Virus record (IMG/VR): IMGVR_UViG_3300042350_004528
Span: 124,001 to 188,000 of that record
Direction: 5' to 3' (one strand)
DNA length: 64,000 nt
Shown here: positions 41,013 through 51,017 of the stretch, piece by piece
How positions within the stretch are numbered: position 1 is the first letter of the stretch
How the letters are laid out: each line of letters begins with the position of its first letter
Notes under the pieces: model-generated
Seen by the model: the letters and a program-made list of their open reading frames with translations, nothing else
Told to the model about the DNA's origin: nothing
Database searches by the model: none
Made by a program: the position numbers and the translations under genes

Positions 41013-44000
41013 ATGGCAACAAAACCAAATGTATTAAATGAAGTAAATGACATGAGAAGACATATGGGTCTTCCTTTGTTATCTGAGTCCGAGTTACTTA
41101 ATTTAGAAATAAATGAACTTTTAAATGAAGGTACCTGGGAAAATGTAAAATATGCCTTATCAAAATTGGGTAGATATAAAGCTGGTGGTAAAATATTCGG
41201 TAAATCACAAACCGATGCTAAGGCTTTAGCACAGATAACAGCCTTACTTGATAAAGTAGGTAATGAAAAAATCAAAGAATTAGATAGAAGTATCAAACAA
41301 TCTAATCCAGAATTTCCTAATAACAAAAGTCAACAACAGTTTTTGGATACTATTATTGAAATTGCAACTTTATATGATTCATTAGTGGCTGCAACTAAGT
41401 TAAAACCAAACGATAAAGGTTATCTACCAGTTGATGCCGCAAATGCGATTATTGAGGATTTAAGAGCTTACACACAAAAATATTTAGATGTTGATTTAAC
41501 AGCTGCGTTTAGTGTGTTTAATGAGAATGAGGAAATTGGTACTGAAAATTGGATTACACCCGATGAAGTTGAAAGTGATTATGGTTTTTATAGTGATATG
41601 TACAAAGGTGTTTATGGTGTAAGACCACACGGTCAATCAGCCGAACAACTTTGTAATTGGTTGAATTCTCAATTTAAACTCAATGGTAATAGGATCGTTA
41701 GAAAAGATGGTCAAGATGAATTATATGAAGCTGATTTAGATGCAACTAAAGCTAAAGTTGCTGGTAAATTTGCTGACACTAAAGCAGCAATTAAAAGTGG
41801 TGATTTAAAAGCGTATAATACAGAAAGAATGAAAACTTTAAAGTCGTGGAAATTACCATTGGCTTTATTAGGCGCTGGAGCGTCATTTGGTGCCCTGAGT
41901 TGGTTAATTGAATATATTTTCCCACCAGAAAAGATTACCACAATGACACCAGAAACGGTCAAACAAACAACTCAGGAATTACTTGGTAATATAAAACCAG
42001 GTGAGGGTATGACTCAAATCATGAATAGAACTTTGGGTCTTAGTTTAAGCCCAACCTCTAACCCAAATGATGTTGTAGAAGCACTTAAAACTTTAGGTGG
42101 TGGTAATGCACAAACTGGTGTTGATATTATAACACAACAAGGTGGTATATTCAGAGATCCAGTTGCGGCTAAAGAAACATTATCAGCTATCGTTGCAAAC
42201 CCAACTGAACATGGAACAACCTTAAAACAAGTTTTTACTGGAACTTGGGCTGGTACGGGTAAAATGGCTGGTGACACTTTAGTTACGGTGTCTGGCGGTA
42301 ACTTAGTTGGTATGGTAACTAAGGCCTTCACAACTTGGGTTGCAAAAACAACCACAATTAAAAGTGCTAAAGCAATTGTTGCCGCACCAATATTAAAGGG
42401 TTTAGGTATTTTGTTAGCCGCTGGTGCGGTTGCAACGGCATTGGGTAGATACAAAGGTAGAAAATCATCACGTGCACAAATAATGAATGATTTGGTTCAA
42501 TATATCAGACCTATTGAAGGTACAAAAGATAACCCAGATGTTGTTGATGATCCTAACAAAGATGATGGTGGAGATAATAAACAACAAGGTGGTGGAAATA
42601 ACAAGCAACTTTACGACAATCTTAAAAAATATTTTCAGGACATTTTTAATTTCAAAGCGCAAACAAACACTGATACCTACGGAAAAGGCGGTAGCGGAAA
42701 TGCAACTAAACAATATAGCGGTGGTGGACGTGTAACTAGTAAAGTAACACAACCTAATGACATTGACGATATCCTTAAATTAATGGAAGAGGATTTGAAG
42801 TTATACGAATCATTATGTGACATGGATATGTTAGCAGAAGCTGATAGTAGCTTAATGAGATCGATTAACACAAGAGCGACTAATGTTGATACAAGTGATA
42901 AAGGCTTAGCCGACATAGGGTTAAGTCAAAATCAATTAAAATTATTTAAAACACATGTTATGCGTTTAAGTAATTTGATTAAAATGATTAATAAGTTTAA
43001 TTCTGGTGATAAGAATTTAAACAAACTTGTTGCACAAGCAAAATCAAATCCAATATTTAATAAAATTACCGATGATAAAGTTGTTGGTATTGATATTAAC
43101 GAATTATTGAAATCTGACCCAAAAAGTTTAAAAATATTTGTAAGTGATTTTAATAAAGCTGTTTACGCCACTCAATTTAAGAATGGTAATAACATAATGG
43201 ATCAACTTAAAAACATTGGCATCAATAAACTATCAGAGGCTGCTGTAAGAACCCCAAGTAAATCGCAAGCAAACGCTGTTTATAACGCAAGAAGAGAGTT
43301 CTTACAAAACTTTCCTAACCTGATCAAAAGTTTTTATGCAATATTTTCATATTTAATCGATTTGGCCAAAAAGGGTGGTTTAACATCTGGATCAAATCGT
43401 GGCTCTGGACAAGGTGGACAACAAGGTGGTGGATCTGGTCAAGGAACTGGAACTGGACAAGGCGGACAACAAGGTGGTGGATCTGGTCAAGGAACTGGAA
43501 CTGGACAAGGTGGATCAAATCAAGGTGGTGGATCTGGACAAGGAACTGGCTCTGGACAAAGTGGACAACAAGGCGATGGATTCACAGATTTAGATTTTAG
43601 AAGAGAACCTTTACGTCTTGAAGAATCTATTGAATTAATGGAATTAATTGAAGCACATGACAACCTAAATTCAATAATTGAAAGTGTTCTAAAAGAGTTT
43701 GGTGAAAACCAACCTGAAATGGAACAAGGTAGACAAGATGCTGTAAAAAATAGCGATAGTGGTAGAATTTTCACCCAATTAGCTAGAGTTGTACCAGATT
43801 TAAGCACTAAGATAGCTTCTGAGTATAAACAAGCATATGGTCAACAAGTAAATCGCGTTAAATTAGCAAACTTTTTACAAACAGTTTTGGGCGCACTGGC
43901 TAATGTACCACAACAAAAAATGGTTCAATTAATTAATCGTGCCGATATGGATGTTACAGCGTACAGAAGAATGTTAAGAGACATAAAATCTGGTGCTGAA

Positions 44001-44270
44001 GGGCAAGGTCAAGAACCACAAGGTCAACAACAAGCTCAGGCCCCACAGTTTAATCCAGGTACACCAGAAAGGTTTTTACCAGATACGGTTGGTAATTATG
44101 ATTTATCAAAAATCAATCAATCCGCAAGAATAGCACTGGCACAAAAAGCCGCTCAGATCATTAGTAGAAACACTGATATGAAATTGGATTCCACTAATAT
44201 GATGGAGGTTATGAAACAACTTCTTGATGACATCAGTAAAAACGGACAAAAACAGATTCCAACAATCTAA
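41013..44270 (+). CDS. Large putative internal/ejection protein with membrane segments
   Basis: N-terminal tag LNEVNDMRRHMGL, two hydrophobic helices (LPLALLGAGASFGALSWLI; APILKGLGILLAAGAVATALG), Gly/Gln repeat, many LxE sites. Confidence 0.6.
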   Translation: MATKPNVLNEVNDMRRHMGLPLLSESELLNLEINELLNEGTWENVKYALSKLGRYKAGGKIFGKSQTDAKALAQITALLDKVGNEKIKELDRSIKQSNPEFPNNKSQQQFLDTIIEIATLYDSLVAATKLKPNDKGYLPVDAANAIIEDLRAYTQKYLDVDLTAAFSVFNENEEIGTENWITPDEVESDYGFYSDMYKGVYGVRPHGQSAEQLCNWLNSQFKLNGNRIVRKDGQDELYEADLDATKAKVAGKFADTKAAIKSGDLKAYNTERMKTLKSWKLPLALLGAGASFGALSWLIEYIFPPEKITTMTPETVKQTTQELLGNIKPGEGMTQIMNRTLGLSLSPTSNPNDVVEALKTLGGGNAQTGVDIITQQGGIFRDPVAAKETLSAIVANPTEHGTTLKQVFTGTWAGTGKMAGDTLVTVSGGNLVGMVTKAFTTWVAKTTTIKSAKAIVAAPILKGLGILLAAGAVATALGRYKGRKSSRAQIMNDLVQYIRPIEGTKDNPDVVDDPNKDDGGDNKQQGGGNNKQLYDNLKKYFQDIFNFKAQTNTDTYGKGGSGNATKQYSGGGRVTSKVTQPNDIDDILKLMEEDLKLYESLCDMDMLAEADSSLMRSINTRATNVDTSDKGLADIGLSQNQLKLFKTHVMRLSNLIKMINKFNSGDKNLNKLVAQAKSNPIFNKITDDKVVGIDINELLKSDPKSLKIFVSDFNKAVYATQFKNGNNIMDQLKNIGINKLSEAAVRTPSKSQANAVYNARREFLQNFPNLIKSFYAIFSYLIDLAKKGGLTSGSNRGSGQGGQQGGGSGQGTGTGQGGQQGGGSGQGTGTGQGGSNQGGGSGQGTGSGQSGQQGDGFTDLDFRREPLRLEESIELMELIEAHDNLNSIIESVLKEFGENQPEMEQGRQDAVKNSDSGRIFTQLARVVPDLSTKIASEYKQAYGQQVNRVKLANFLQTVLGALANVPQQKMVQLINRADMDVTAYRRMLRDIKSGAEGQGQEPQGQQQAQAPQFNPGTPERFLPDTVGNYDLSKINQSARIALAQKAAQIISRNTDMKLDSTNMMEVMKQLLDDISKNGQKQIPTI
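43400..43575 (+). repeat. 48-bp-period tandem repeat encoding GQGGQQGGGSGQGTGT
   Basis: About 3.5 degenerate copies. Confidence 0.8.
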
Positions 44271-44273
44271 TAG

Positions 44274-44302
44274 AAAAAGGCCAGAAATTTCTGGCCTTTT
44301 TT
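44274..44302 (+). terminator. Intrinsic terminator
   Basis: Perfect palindrome AAAAAGGCCAGAAATTTCTGGCCTTTTT. Confidence 0.9.
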
Positions 44303-44353
44303 ATTTGTTTATATCATTTTTTTTTATTATTCTTGTGTAAATAAATTACACAT

Positions 44354-44923
44354 ATGTTAATTGGAATAATCGGAAAAAAACGCTCAGGTAAAGATACATC
44401 TGGCGATTATCTTGTACAAAATAAAAATTTTACAAAATACAGTTTTGCAAACCCAATAAAACGTGGGGCTATGGAATTGTTCGGGTTCACTGAAGATCAA
44501 GTATTTGGTGACGCAAAAGACGTTATTGACCCAACCTGGGGAATAACACCAAGACTCGTTTTACAAATCATGGGAACTGAAGTATTCCAATATGATATGC
44601 CAGAATACATCCCAGAATTAAAATCCATTGGTCGTGGGTTTTGGGTTAAGAGATTTGAACAGTGGTATCAAAAAAATAAAAACCTGGATGTTGTGATTTG
44701 TGATGTTAGATTTCAGCATGAAGTTGACGCTATTTTAAAAATGGGTGGTACTGTTTGGAGAGTTGAACGTCCTAACTTAAACGGCGGTGACGAACATGCA
44801 TCTGAGAAAGAAATGGATTTAATTGAGGGTGTGACCAACATTCTCAATAATGAAGGTACCTTAGATGAGTTATACAATAAAATAGATTTGTTATTGCCTG
44901 ATAGTGTCGTTAGCAACGATTAG
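44354..44923 (+). CDS. Deoxynucleoside monophosphate kinase (T4 gp1-like)
   Basis: GKKRSGKDT, SFANPIK, PRLVLQIMGTE, DVRFQHE, HASE. Confidence 0.92.
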   Translation: MLIGIIGKKRSGKDTSGDYLVQNKNFTKYSFANPIKRGAMELFGFTEDQVFGDAKDVIDPTWGITPRLVLQIMGTEVFQYDMPEYIPELKSIGRGFWVKRFEQWYQKNKNLDVVICDVRFQHEVDAILKMGGTVWRVERPNLNGGDEHASEKEMDLIEGVTNILNNEGTLDELYNKIDLLLPDSVVSND

Positions 44924-45329
44924 TGATAGAATTGATAGTATTGTAAGTTTATACAATTACAAAGTACCGTTTGTTGTGGCGGAGTATCTCTGTATGGCAT
45001 ACCACCAGAATATTGTTTGTAATCTAAAAATTAACTACAAAAATTTATTCGCTAATTTTATTGAACACAAAGACAACATTAAATATGTTTTTGGCAAAGC
45101 AATCGATGGTGGAACCAATAAATCCGAATATACTTTTATAAAATTATCTGGTGTTGAGATAGATATACCGATTGGTAAAGACGAAAGTTTTATGGAAAAA
45201 TACTCGAATTTAATTTTTGGGTCGAGTGTTAATTGTGGTTTGGAATGGTTTGATGAAGAAGATTACCCCAACGAAAAAATTGATCTAGATAAATCAAAAT
45301 ACATCGGTAGGTGTAAAATTACTTTTTAA
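44904..45329 (+). CDS. Hypothetical protein
   Basis: 141-aa ORF overlapping the kinase end. Confidence 0.6.
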   Translation: MSLATISDRIDSIVSLYNYKVPFVVAEYLCMAYHQNIVCNLKINYKNLFANFIEHKDNIKYVFGKAIDGGTNKSEYTFIKLSGVEIDIPIGKDESFMEKYSNLIFGSSVNCGLEWFDEEDYPNEKIDLDKSKYIGRCKITF

Positions 45330-45330
45330 A

Positions 45331-45597
45331 TTACCATCTACCAGATAAATAGGTTAACAACTGCCCAAATAATCTAATTTCAACATCATCGTAGGCACCT
45401 TTTTTATATTTTACTGAAGTTGCTCTTTGGCCTGTTGTATTAGTAATTGCCTTTAAAACATTTGTCATAATCGCATTAGGTAGATCTCTTCTCCTAAAAG
45501 AGCCAACTCTAACCATATCCCCTTCATATTTACCATTGAAGGAGTACTCATTAACCATTTCGATTATCTTACCTTTACTAAGTGTAAATGGATTCAT
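45331..45597 (-). CDS. Hypothetical protein (88 aa)
   Basis: Start MNPFTLSK at 45597, directly after the upstream stop at 45599. Confidence 0.6.
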   Translation of the reverse strand: MNPFTLSKGKIIEMVNEYSFNGKYEGDMVRVGSFRRRDLPNAIMTNVLKAITNTTGQRATSVKYKKGAYDDVEIRLFGQLLTYLSGRW

Positions 45598-45598
45598 A

Positions 45599-46138
45599 TT
45601 ACACCATTTTTGAAACTGGTTTTGTTGACCATGTTCTGCAAGCCCAGTATCTCGCTTTCCATCTTGGGCCTGGGTTATCGCAATGGTGTCTTGCTCTGAA
45701 GTTTTTTCTACGTCTAGGGTTATCCCTTTTGATTTCCATATTAGGGTCACCAAATTCAACTTTTACAACATTACCCTTAGCGTTTTTAACGTGTACTTTA
45801 TATTTTTTACGATCACCACGCATAATCTTACCCAAACTTACCTTTCTACCTTTATATTCAGCCTCATCTAAATTTTCCGTCATTGTATAATATTCATACA
45901 AAGCTTCGTTAACAATTTTTTCTAAAGCTATTTCGGTTAAAACGCCCTCATATAAACGTTCATCAACAAAACTCAAGTCATCGATTATACCATAACCAGT
46001 TTGCATATTGCAAACCTCATCTATTAAAGATGCGATTGTTTTATTCGTAAAACCAGATTCTTTTTTGATTTCTTCACTTTCCATTTTTGGACTATTTTCG
46101 TGGAATAATTCCACCAAATCTTTTTTAGTTGTGATCAT
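45599..46138 (-). CDS. Two-part protein: acidic N-terminus, basic conserved phage domain (FGDPNM...FRARHHC...ARYWAC)
   Basis: The halves are separated by ENLDEAE. TATTTAT at 46151-46157 (minus). Confidence 0.7.
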   Translation of the reverse strand: MITTKKDLVELFHENSPKMESEEIKKESGFTNKTIASLIDEVCNMQTGYGIIDDLSFVDERLYEGVLTEIALEKIVNEALYEYYTMTENLDEAEYKGRKVSLGKIMRGDRKKYKVHVKNAKGNVVKVEFGDPNMEIKRDNPRRRKNFRARHHCDNPGPRWKARYWACRTWSTKPVSKMV

Positions 46139-46203
46139 ATCCTTTTTATTATAAATATCTCTACAATCGCATTTGTTCAGATATTTATAACTAAATTTGT
46201 AAA

Positions 46204-46602
46204 ATGAAATTTATACCAAAAGAAAGGTACGCAATTAATTATCCAGGTAGAAATACCTTAATACTTGTTGACGTTGATAAATTTTTAAATCGTTTAAAAA
46301 AAGATGACCCAGATTTTTATGTTGGGCCAGATACAAAATTATTATTTAGTCAGGGTAGAATTAAAAACTCAATGGATTACATTGAAAAGTTTTCAGAAGA
46401 TCCCAGATCAATTCATCCAAAAACGGGTGAGAGGTGGTCGTACACTATGATGTTTGAACCAACCGAAACAAGTATATCTAACGGTAAATTAGGTATAAAA
46501 AATGGTAGACACAGAATGGTTGCTTTAAAGAATTTAGGTTACACCCATGCTTATGTTGAGGTACCCAAAGATCAAACTGATTTATTTAAAGATTTAGCTT
46601 AA
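46204..46602 (+). CDS. ParB/Srx-like domain protein
   Basis: NGRHRMVALKNLG motif. TATTTAT at 46182-46188. Confidence 0.6.
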   Translation: MKFIPKERYAINYPGRNTLILVDVDKFLNRLKKDDPDFYVGPDTKLLFSQGRIKNSMDYIEKFSEDPRSIHPKTGERWSYTMMFEPTETSISNGKLGIKNGRHRMVALKNLGYTHAYVEVPKDQTDLFKDLA

Positions 46603-47183
46603 CAACCAAGCGTTTGTTTTGCTTCATTGCGCAAGTTTTCGTTGTAAATCCCATCCTCGTCATCAACATTTTCACATGTAACAATTAGGAAAAATGCAGC
46701 GCCAGTAGTCCACTCATCCATATTACCAATACCTAAGTTTTTACCCTTTTTAGTATGATAATTTAAATAACTCTCCAAAGCATCACCAATTTGGTCATCA
46801 TCTACATATTCCTTCCAATCACTAGCGGTTGTTAAATATTTACCATCCTCATCCTCATCCTCTTCTTGAGCCCTTTCTAAAAAGTCCCATAATTCATCTT
46901 TTATGTCGCTGTTTTGATCATCCCAAACTTCATCCATTGTATATAACAATTCGTTAGTTTTTTTGTTTTTTAAAAGGTATTCACCACTAGTAACACTAAC
47001 TAATTCATAATCACCACTAGCTGTTATTGCATCACTCATATGCGGATCACTTTGATTCCATGGGGCGTCTGGCGTATCTGAGCCAGCTGGGTAATTATAA
47101 TTATCCATCTCTTGAACTCTCTTCATTTCTAATTTCTCGAACAATTTTTGTAATTGGTCTTCGGTTATTCTGTATTTAGCCAT
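46599..47183 (-). CDS. Acidic hypothetical protein, N-terminal YRITEDQL motif
   Basis: TATTTAT at 47199-47205 (minus). Confidence 0.7.
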   Translation of the reverse strand: MAKYRITEDQLQKLFEKLEMKRVQEMDNYNYPAGSDTPDAPWNQSDPHMSDAITASGDYELVSVTSGEYLLKNKKTNELLYTMDEVWDDQNSDIKDELWDFLERAQEEDEDEDGKYLTTASDWKEYVDDDQIGDALESYLNYHTKKGKNLGIGNMDEWTTGAAFFLIVTCENVDDEDGIYNENLRNEAKQTLGC

Positions 47184-47220
47184 GATCTATATTTTAATAT
47201 AAATATCTTAAATAATAATA

Positions 47221-48142
47221 AAAGCCTCGTGTGGCGGCTTATTGTAATTGATTACCGCAAGTTGGGCAGAATTTCCAGTTTGATTTTTTTATTCTAACAC
47301 CACAACCTGTGCAATAATTTCTTAACTCACCAACCTCAATTGGCTTTTGTGAGTTCGGTAAAATTTTCCAAGTCACTGAATGTGTTGCATATGAACTAAA
47401 ATCCATGTTAACATCTTTGAATTTAGTGTTTGATTTTTCGCCTTTTTCAACACGACCAGTTTCAATACTTTTTGTTAAACTTCTTTTATTTGAGTTTAAT
47501 TTTAATGAAGCTGAAACACCAACCACATCTGAGGTATACGTAATACCAGCTGAATAGTTAGCTGTGTTATCAAAACACGTTATTGTGTTTGGATTTGGGT
47601 TTGTGTTATTGTAATAAATAACTGGAGGTTGATTCCACGGATAACCACCAAATCCAGAACTTGTTGATGCTATTCCAGATAAAACCGTTTCATCGTAAAA
47701 TTCGATTTCAACCAATCCGTTATTTTGAATGGCCTGTTTTATCACATCCTCATCACCATCTGCGATATAAGTGGAAAATAAGAATTTTCTAGCATCATCG
47801 AAATAACGATCCAAATGAATTCTTTGACCAGGTTTAATAACCAAGCCCCTGTTTGAGATGTAATTACCGTTTAATTTTATTTTCGCTAAAACCGAAATTG
47901 TTTTCGGATTAAATACCTCGATCTCAAATTGATCTTGGTTGTCAAGATAAACAACACCATCGTGCTGTTTGATTCTGTTTTTGCCTTTTGTGATGTAGGC
48001 TTCTGGGTTCGGGTTTAAACCGAACGAATAGTTTGTTGTGTACATTTTTTTTCTCGTTTTATTTTTATTATACTAACCTTTTTGTCGCTCATCACGACTC
48101 AAGGGCAACAAGTACCCAAGGTTAATAGCCACACGAGGCTTT
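47221..48142. repeat. Perfect 15-bp inverted repeat pair bracketing the zinc-ribbon gene
   Basis: AAAGCCTCGTGTGGC at 47221-47235 and GCCACACGAGGCTTT at 48128-48142. Confidence 0.9.
47239..48045 (-). CDS. Beta-rich protein with C-terminal zinc ribbon
   Basis: CTGCG...FCPTCG at the C-terminus. Flanked by 15-bp inverted repeats. Confidence 0.8.
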   Translation of the reverse strand: MYTTNYSFGLNPNPEAYITKGKNRIKQHDGVVYLDNQDQFEIEVFNPKTISVLAKIKLNGNYISNRGLVIKPGQRIHLDRYFDDARKFLFSTYIADGDEDVIKQAIQNNGLVEIEFYDETVLSGIASTSSGFGGYPWNQPPVIYYNNTNPNPNTITCFDNTANYSAGITYTSDVVGVSASLKLNSNKRSLTKSIETGRVEKGEKSNTKFKDVNMDFSSYATHSVTWKILPNSQKPIEVGELRNYCTGCGVRIKKSNWKFCPTCGNQLQ

Positions 48143-48176
48143 CATATAAATATATGAAGCTTTAAAATGTAATCAA

Positions 48177-48779
48177 TTAATATTCAAAAATAATTTTATT
48201 TGGTTGTAATCTACCGCTGATGGCTTGAGTATAAAAAGCATCGCCACTTTCATAAGTTCTATTAGATTCAAATACAACCTCAGTATCCATTGATGGAATT
48301 TCAATATTTTTTCCACCCAAATCCATAGTCCCACTTAAAGTGTTTGTTTTTAAACCACTTCTATCGAACTCTAATTCAAAGTCTTTCTCAAAAGAATCAT
48401 CATCACCAGTTAATTCCAATGAGCCATAAATCAAAACACTAATAGGTGATAAATAAACATCTTTAATACCATATGACCTGTATTCTATTTCAATTGAATA
48501 GTTGGCAACGGCCCCACGAAATGTTATATATGTGTCATACTCAACACCATCCACAATCACAGTTGCCCCCCTTGTCCCTGGTTTTGCTATGTTTTTAAAT
48601 AAAGCTTCCATATCGATATCTAGATCAATATCGGAACCACTTTTCAATTCGTTTCTAAAAACATTATTAGATGCGTCAGCCTCATTCATATTAGCTGATT
48701 CGTTAGATTGTTTGTCTTTTTGTTTTTTACTGAGTATGGCAGCAAATTGAGTTTCAGATATTCTATATGTTTTTTTCAT
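48177..48779 (-). CDS. Hypothetical protein, N-terminal YRISETQF motif
   Basis: TATTTAT at 48792-48798 (minus). Confidence 0.7.
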   Translation of the reverse strand: MKKTYRISETQFAAILSKKQKDKQSNESANMNEADASNNVFRNELKSGSDIDLDIDMEALFKNIAKPGTRGATVIVDGVEYDTYITFRGAVANYSIEIEYRSYGIKDVYLSPISVLIYGSLELTGDDDSFEKDFELEFDRSGLKTNTLSGTMDLGGKNIEIPSMDTEVVFESNRTYESGDAFYTQAISGRLQPNKIIFEY

Positions 48780-48805
48780 ACTTTTTTACATATAAATATC
48801 AACAA

Positions 48806-49378
48806 CTACGATATAAGTTCAATAAAGTCACCCAAATTCGAAGATATTGGTGTTAATCTTTCAAACCCGTAAAAACCAGATTTACCCCTCGCTTTATAAT
48901 AATCCGAAACCAATAAGTCAGATCTGGAATACATATCAATTATATTTGGTGTACCCACACCACATATATAAAAATCGGTCTTACTTAACATACAGATAAA
49001 AATCGATTTCCGATATGTCTTTTTATAGACCATAGGGAATAATCCATAATTGAATGTGACAACATCTATATTTTTTTTGGGTGCAGCTTGATTTAAAAAC
49101 GAAATTCGATTATCATCAAAAATTTTGTCGTAATCAACTATATTGTATAAACCAAGATGTTGTTCTAAAACCAAATCACCTGCGGTTTGCATGTAAGTTT
49201 TACGATAAATCGTAATTTCTTGCTCAAATAATTTTCTACCTTTGGATTTTTCTCGCTCCTTTATGCGGTTTCCAATAACAGTCGCTAACTTTGTGCGTCT
49301 ATCGGTATCAAGGGTCACCTTAGCAAACTTATTGACATAAGGTGTAAAATAATTATCGTATGTAAAAATTGAACTCAT
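48806..49378 (-). CDS. Hypothetical protein
   Basis: 190-aa ORF behind a host-type promoter. Confidence 0.7.
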   Translation of the reverse strand: MSSIFTYDNYFTPYVNKFAKVTLDTDRRTKLATVIGNRIKEREKSKGRKLFEQEITIYRKTYMQTAGDLVLEQHLGLYNIVDYDKIFDDNRISFLNQAAPKKNIDVVTFNYGLFPMVYKKTYRKSIFICMLSKTDFYICGVGTPNIIDMYSRSDLLVSDYYKARGKSGFYGFERLTPISSNLGDFIELIS

Positions 49379-49382
49379 GGGA

Positions 49383-49430
49383 CAAAATTAATAAAAGGTT
49401 TGGTAATAACCAAATTTTTTCATACCTTTG
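49383..49430. promoter_or_regulatory. Overlapping divergent Bacteroidota-type promoters
   Basis: Plus: TTTG (49399) N20 TACCTTTG (49423-49430). Minus: TTTG (49414-49411) N20 TAATTTTG (49390-49383). The two -33 boxes form the palindrome TTTGGT-AATA-ACCAAA. Confidence 0.7.
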
Positions 49431-49448
49431 TAGAAAATTAGGTAGAAT

Positions 49449-50834
49449 ATGAGCAAATACACCGAGGAACAACTTAAATTTATTAACTATAACGGGAACG
49501 ATTCTGTTATATTGTCCGCAACCGCTGGTTCAGGTAAAACACACTCAACTGTTGGTAGGTTGAATAAAATGATTGAAGATGGAGTCGATCCCAGTCGAAT
49601 TATCTTCTTTAGTTTCACGAACGATGCTGTTAATGAGCTAAGATCGAGGATAAAACATGACGTTAAAATAACCACAATTCATAGCTTCACAAGCTCAATT
49701 TTGGGTAAAATGGGGCTTTTTAAGCCAATTGTGACCTTTTATGAGTTTACTAACTGGTATAAGGACAAATACAAACCACACCCAAAGGATCCGATGAAAA
49801 TTAAAATGGATTACGCCAGAAATGTAGATAGATTCTACGAAGAGGGTGCTCAGATATCCGCTGGGTTTTCAGCTTATAAATTGCAAAATGCGGATAACAT
49901 CAAAGTCATGAAACCTAGTTTTTATGATGAATATTCGGCTTTCATTAAAGAAACTAAGAGTCGAGATTTTTCTGATATGTTAATTGATACCGAGAAGTAT
50001 TCAAGAAATGCTAAATATAAAGGATATTTTGAGAATTTGTATGATTATATTTTCGTTGACGAATACCAAGACACGTCAACACTTCAAATGAAGATACTAT
50101 TGGCGATTAAAGCCAAGCAATATCATTTGATTGGTGATAAGAACCAATCAATATATGGGTTTTCTGGTGCGAATTGTGAAGAAATTGAGAATTTATTAAT
50201 GAAAAACTCAACAGTAACTCAAATGACACTAACCAAGAATTTCAGGTCAACAAAAAAAATAGTTGAAAACTCAAATCGATATAGTAGTCTAGTAGCGGTT
50301 CCACATCACGAAGAAGATGGCTACATACATGATAATCTAATCAACGATGTTATGATGTATAACATGATGAATGACGGCAAACCTTTAACGGTATTGGCTA
50401 GAACAAACAATGTGATAAAAGAAATTGAAAAAGAATGCCTTAAGAAAAAAATTAAAATGCGTTATTTTAATTTTATATCACCTCAAGACATTGAAAAGAT
50501 TAATGAGGGTAAAGTTAACCCATCATTAAAGAAAAAAATTGATTCGGTTTCGCCTTACTACGGAAACACCTTTAATTTGATTAATTTTATTAAGGAAAAT
50601 CAAGAATCAGATGTTTTTGTAACTAGTATTCACAAAAGTAAAGGTCGTGAATTCCCAAGATGTATTATCATCAATTCAATCGACCCTGATATGTTGGCTG
50701 AAACGGACTATGATTTCGAAGAATATAGTTTTTTAACAAATAGTGGTGAGATTAATCAGGAAGCTAAAAATGTCCACTATGTGGCTGTTACCAGACCAAA
50801 AGAAGAATTATACTTCCTAGTGTACGAAAATTAA
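49449..50834 (+). CDS. UvrD/Rep-family SF1 helicase (compact)
   Basis: ATAGSGKT, FSFTN, TIHSF, VDEYQD, GDKNQSIYGF, NFRS, SIHKSKGREF, YVAVTRPK. Confidence 0.93.
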   Translation: MSKYTEEQLKFINYNGNDSVILSATAGSGKTHSTVGRLNKMIEDGVDPSRIIFFSFTNDAVNELRSRIKHDVKITTIHSFTSSILGKMGLFKPIVTFYEFTNWYKDKYKPHPKDPMKIKMDYARNVDRFYEEGAQISAGFSAYKLQNADNIKVMKPSFYDEYSAFIKETKSRDFSDMLIDTEKYSRNAKYKGYFENLYDYIFVDEYQDTSTLQMKILLAIKAKQYHLIGDKNQSIYGFSGANCEEIENLLMKNSTVTQMTLTKNFRSTKKIVENSNRYSSLVAVPHHEEDGYIHDNLINDVMMYNMMNDGKPLTVLARTNNVIKEIEKECLKKKIKMRYFNFISPQDIEKINEGKVNPSLKKKIDSVSPYYGNTFNLINFIKENQESDVFVTSIHKSKGREFPRCIIINSIDPDMLAETDYDFEEYSFLTNSGEINQEAKNVHYVAVTRPKEELYFLVYEN

Positions 50835-50858
50835 AATGGGGGTTAAAAACCCCCATTT
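50834..50858. terminator. Bidirectional terminator
   Basis: AAATGGGGGTT-AAA-AACCCCCATTT between convergent genes. Confidence 0.8.
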
Positions 50859-50859
50859 A

Positions 50860-51015
50860 TTATCTTCTTCCCTGTCCAGCGTACCTTTTTTTATAATTTT
50901 TTGACGCCTTATGTTTGCTTGCTTTTGTTTTTGAGTGAACGCCAGGTCTTTTTCTTTTTGGGTTAGACCTAAAAAGTTTTGCGTTTGAAGTTGATCCCCC
51001 TTTTTTAGCTGCCAT
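50860..51015 (-). CDS. Small very basic protein (51 aa, ends KKRYAGQGRR), not in ORF track
   Basis: MAAKKGGSTSNAKLFRSNPKKKRPGVHSKTKASKHKASKNYKKRYAGQGRR. Starts 2 nt after the upstream stop. Confidence 0.7.
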   Translation of the reverse strand: MAAKKGGSTSNAKLFRSNPKRKRPGVHSKTKASKHKASKNYKKRYAGQGRR

Positions 51016-51017
51016 AA

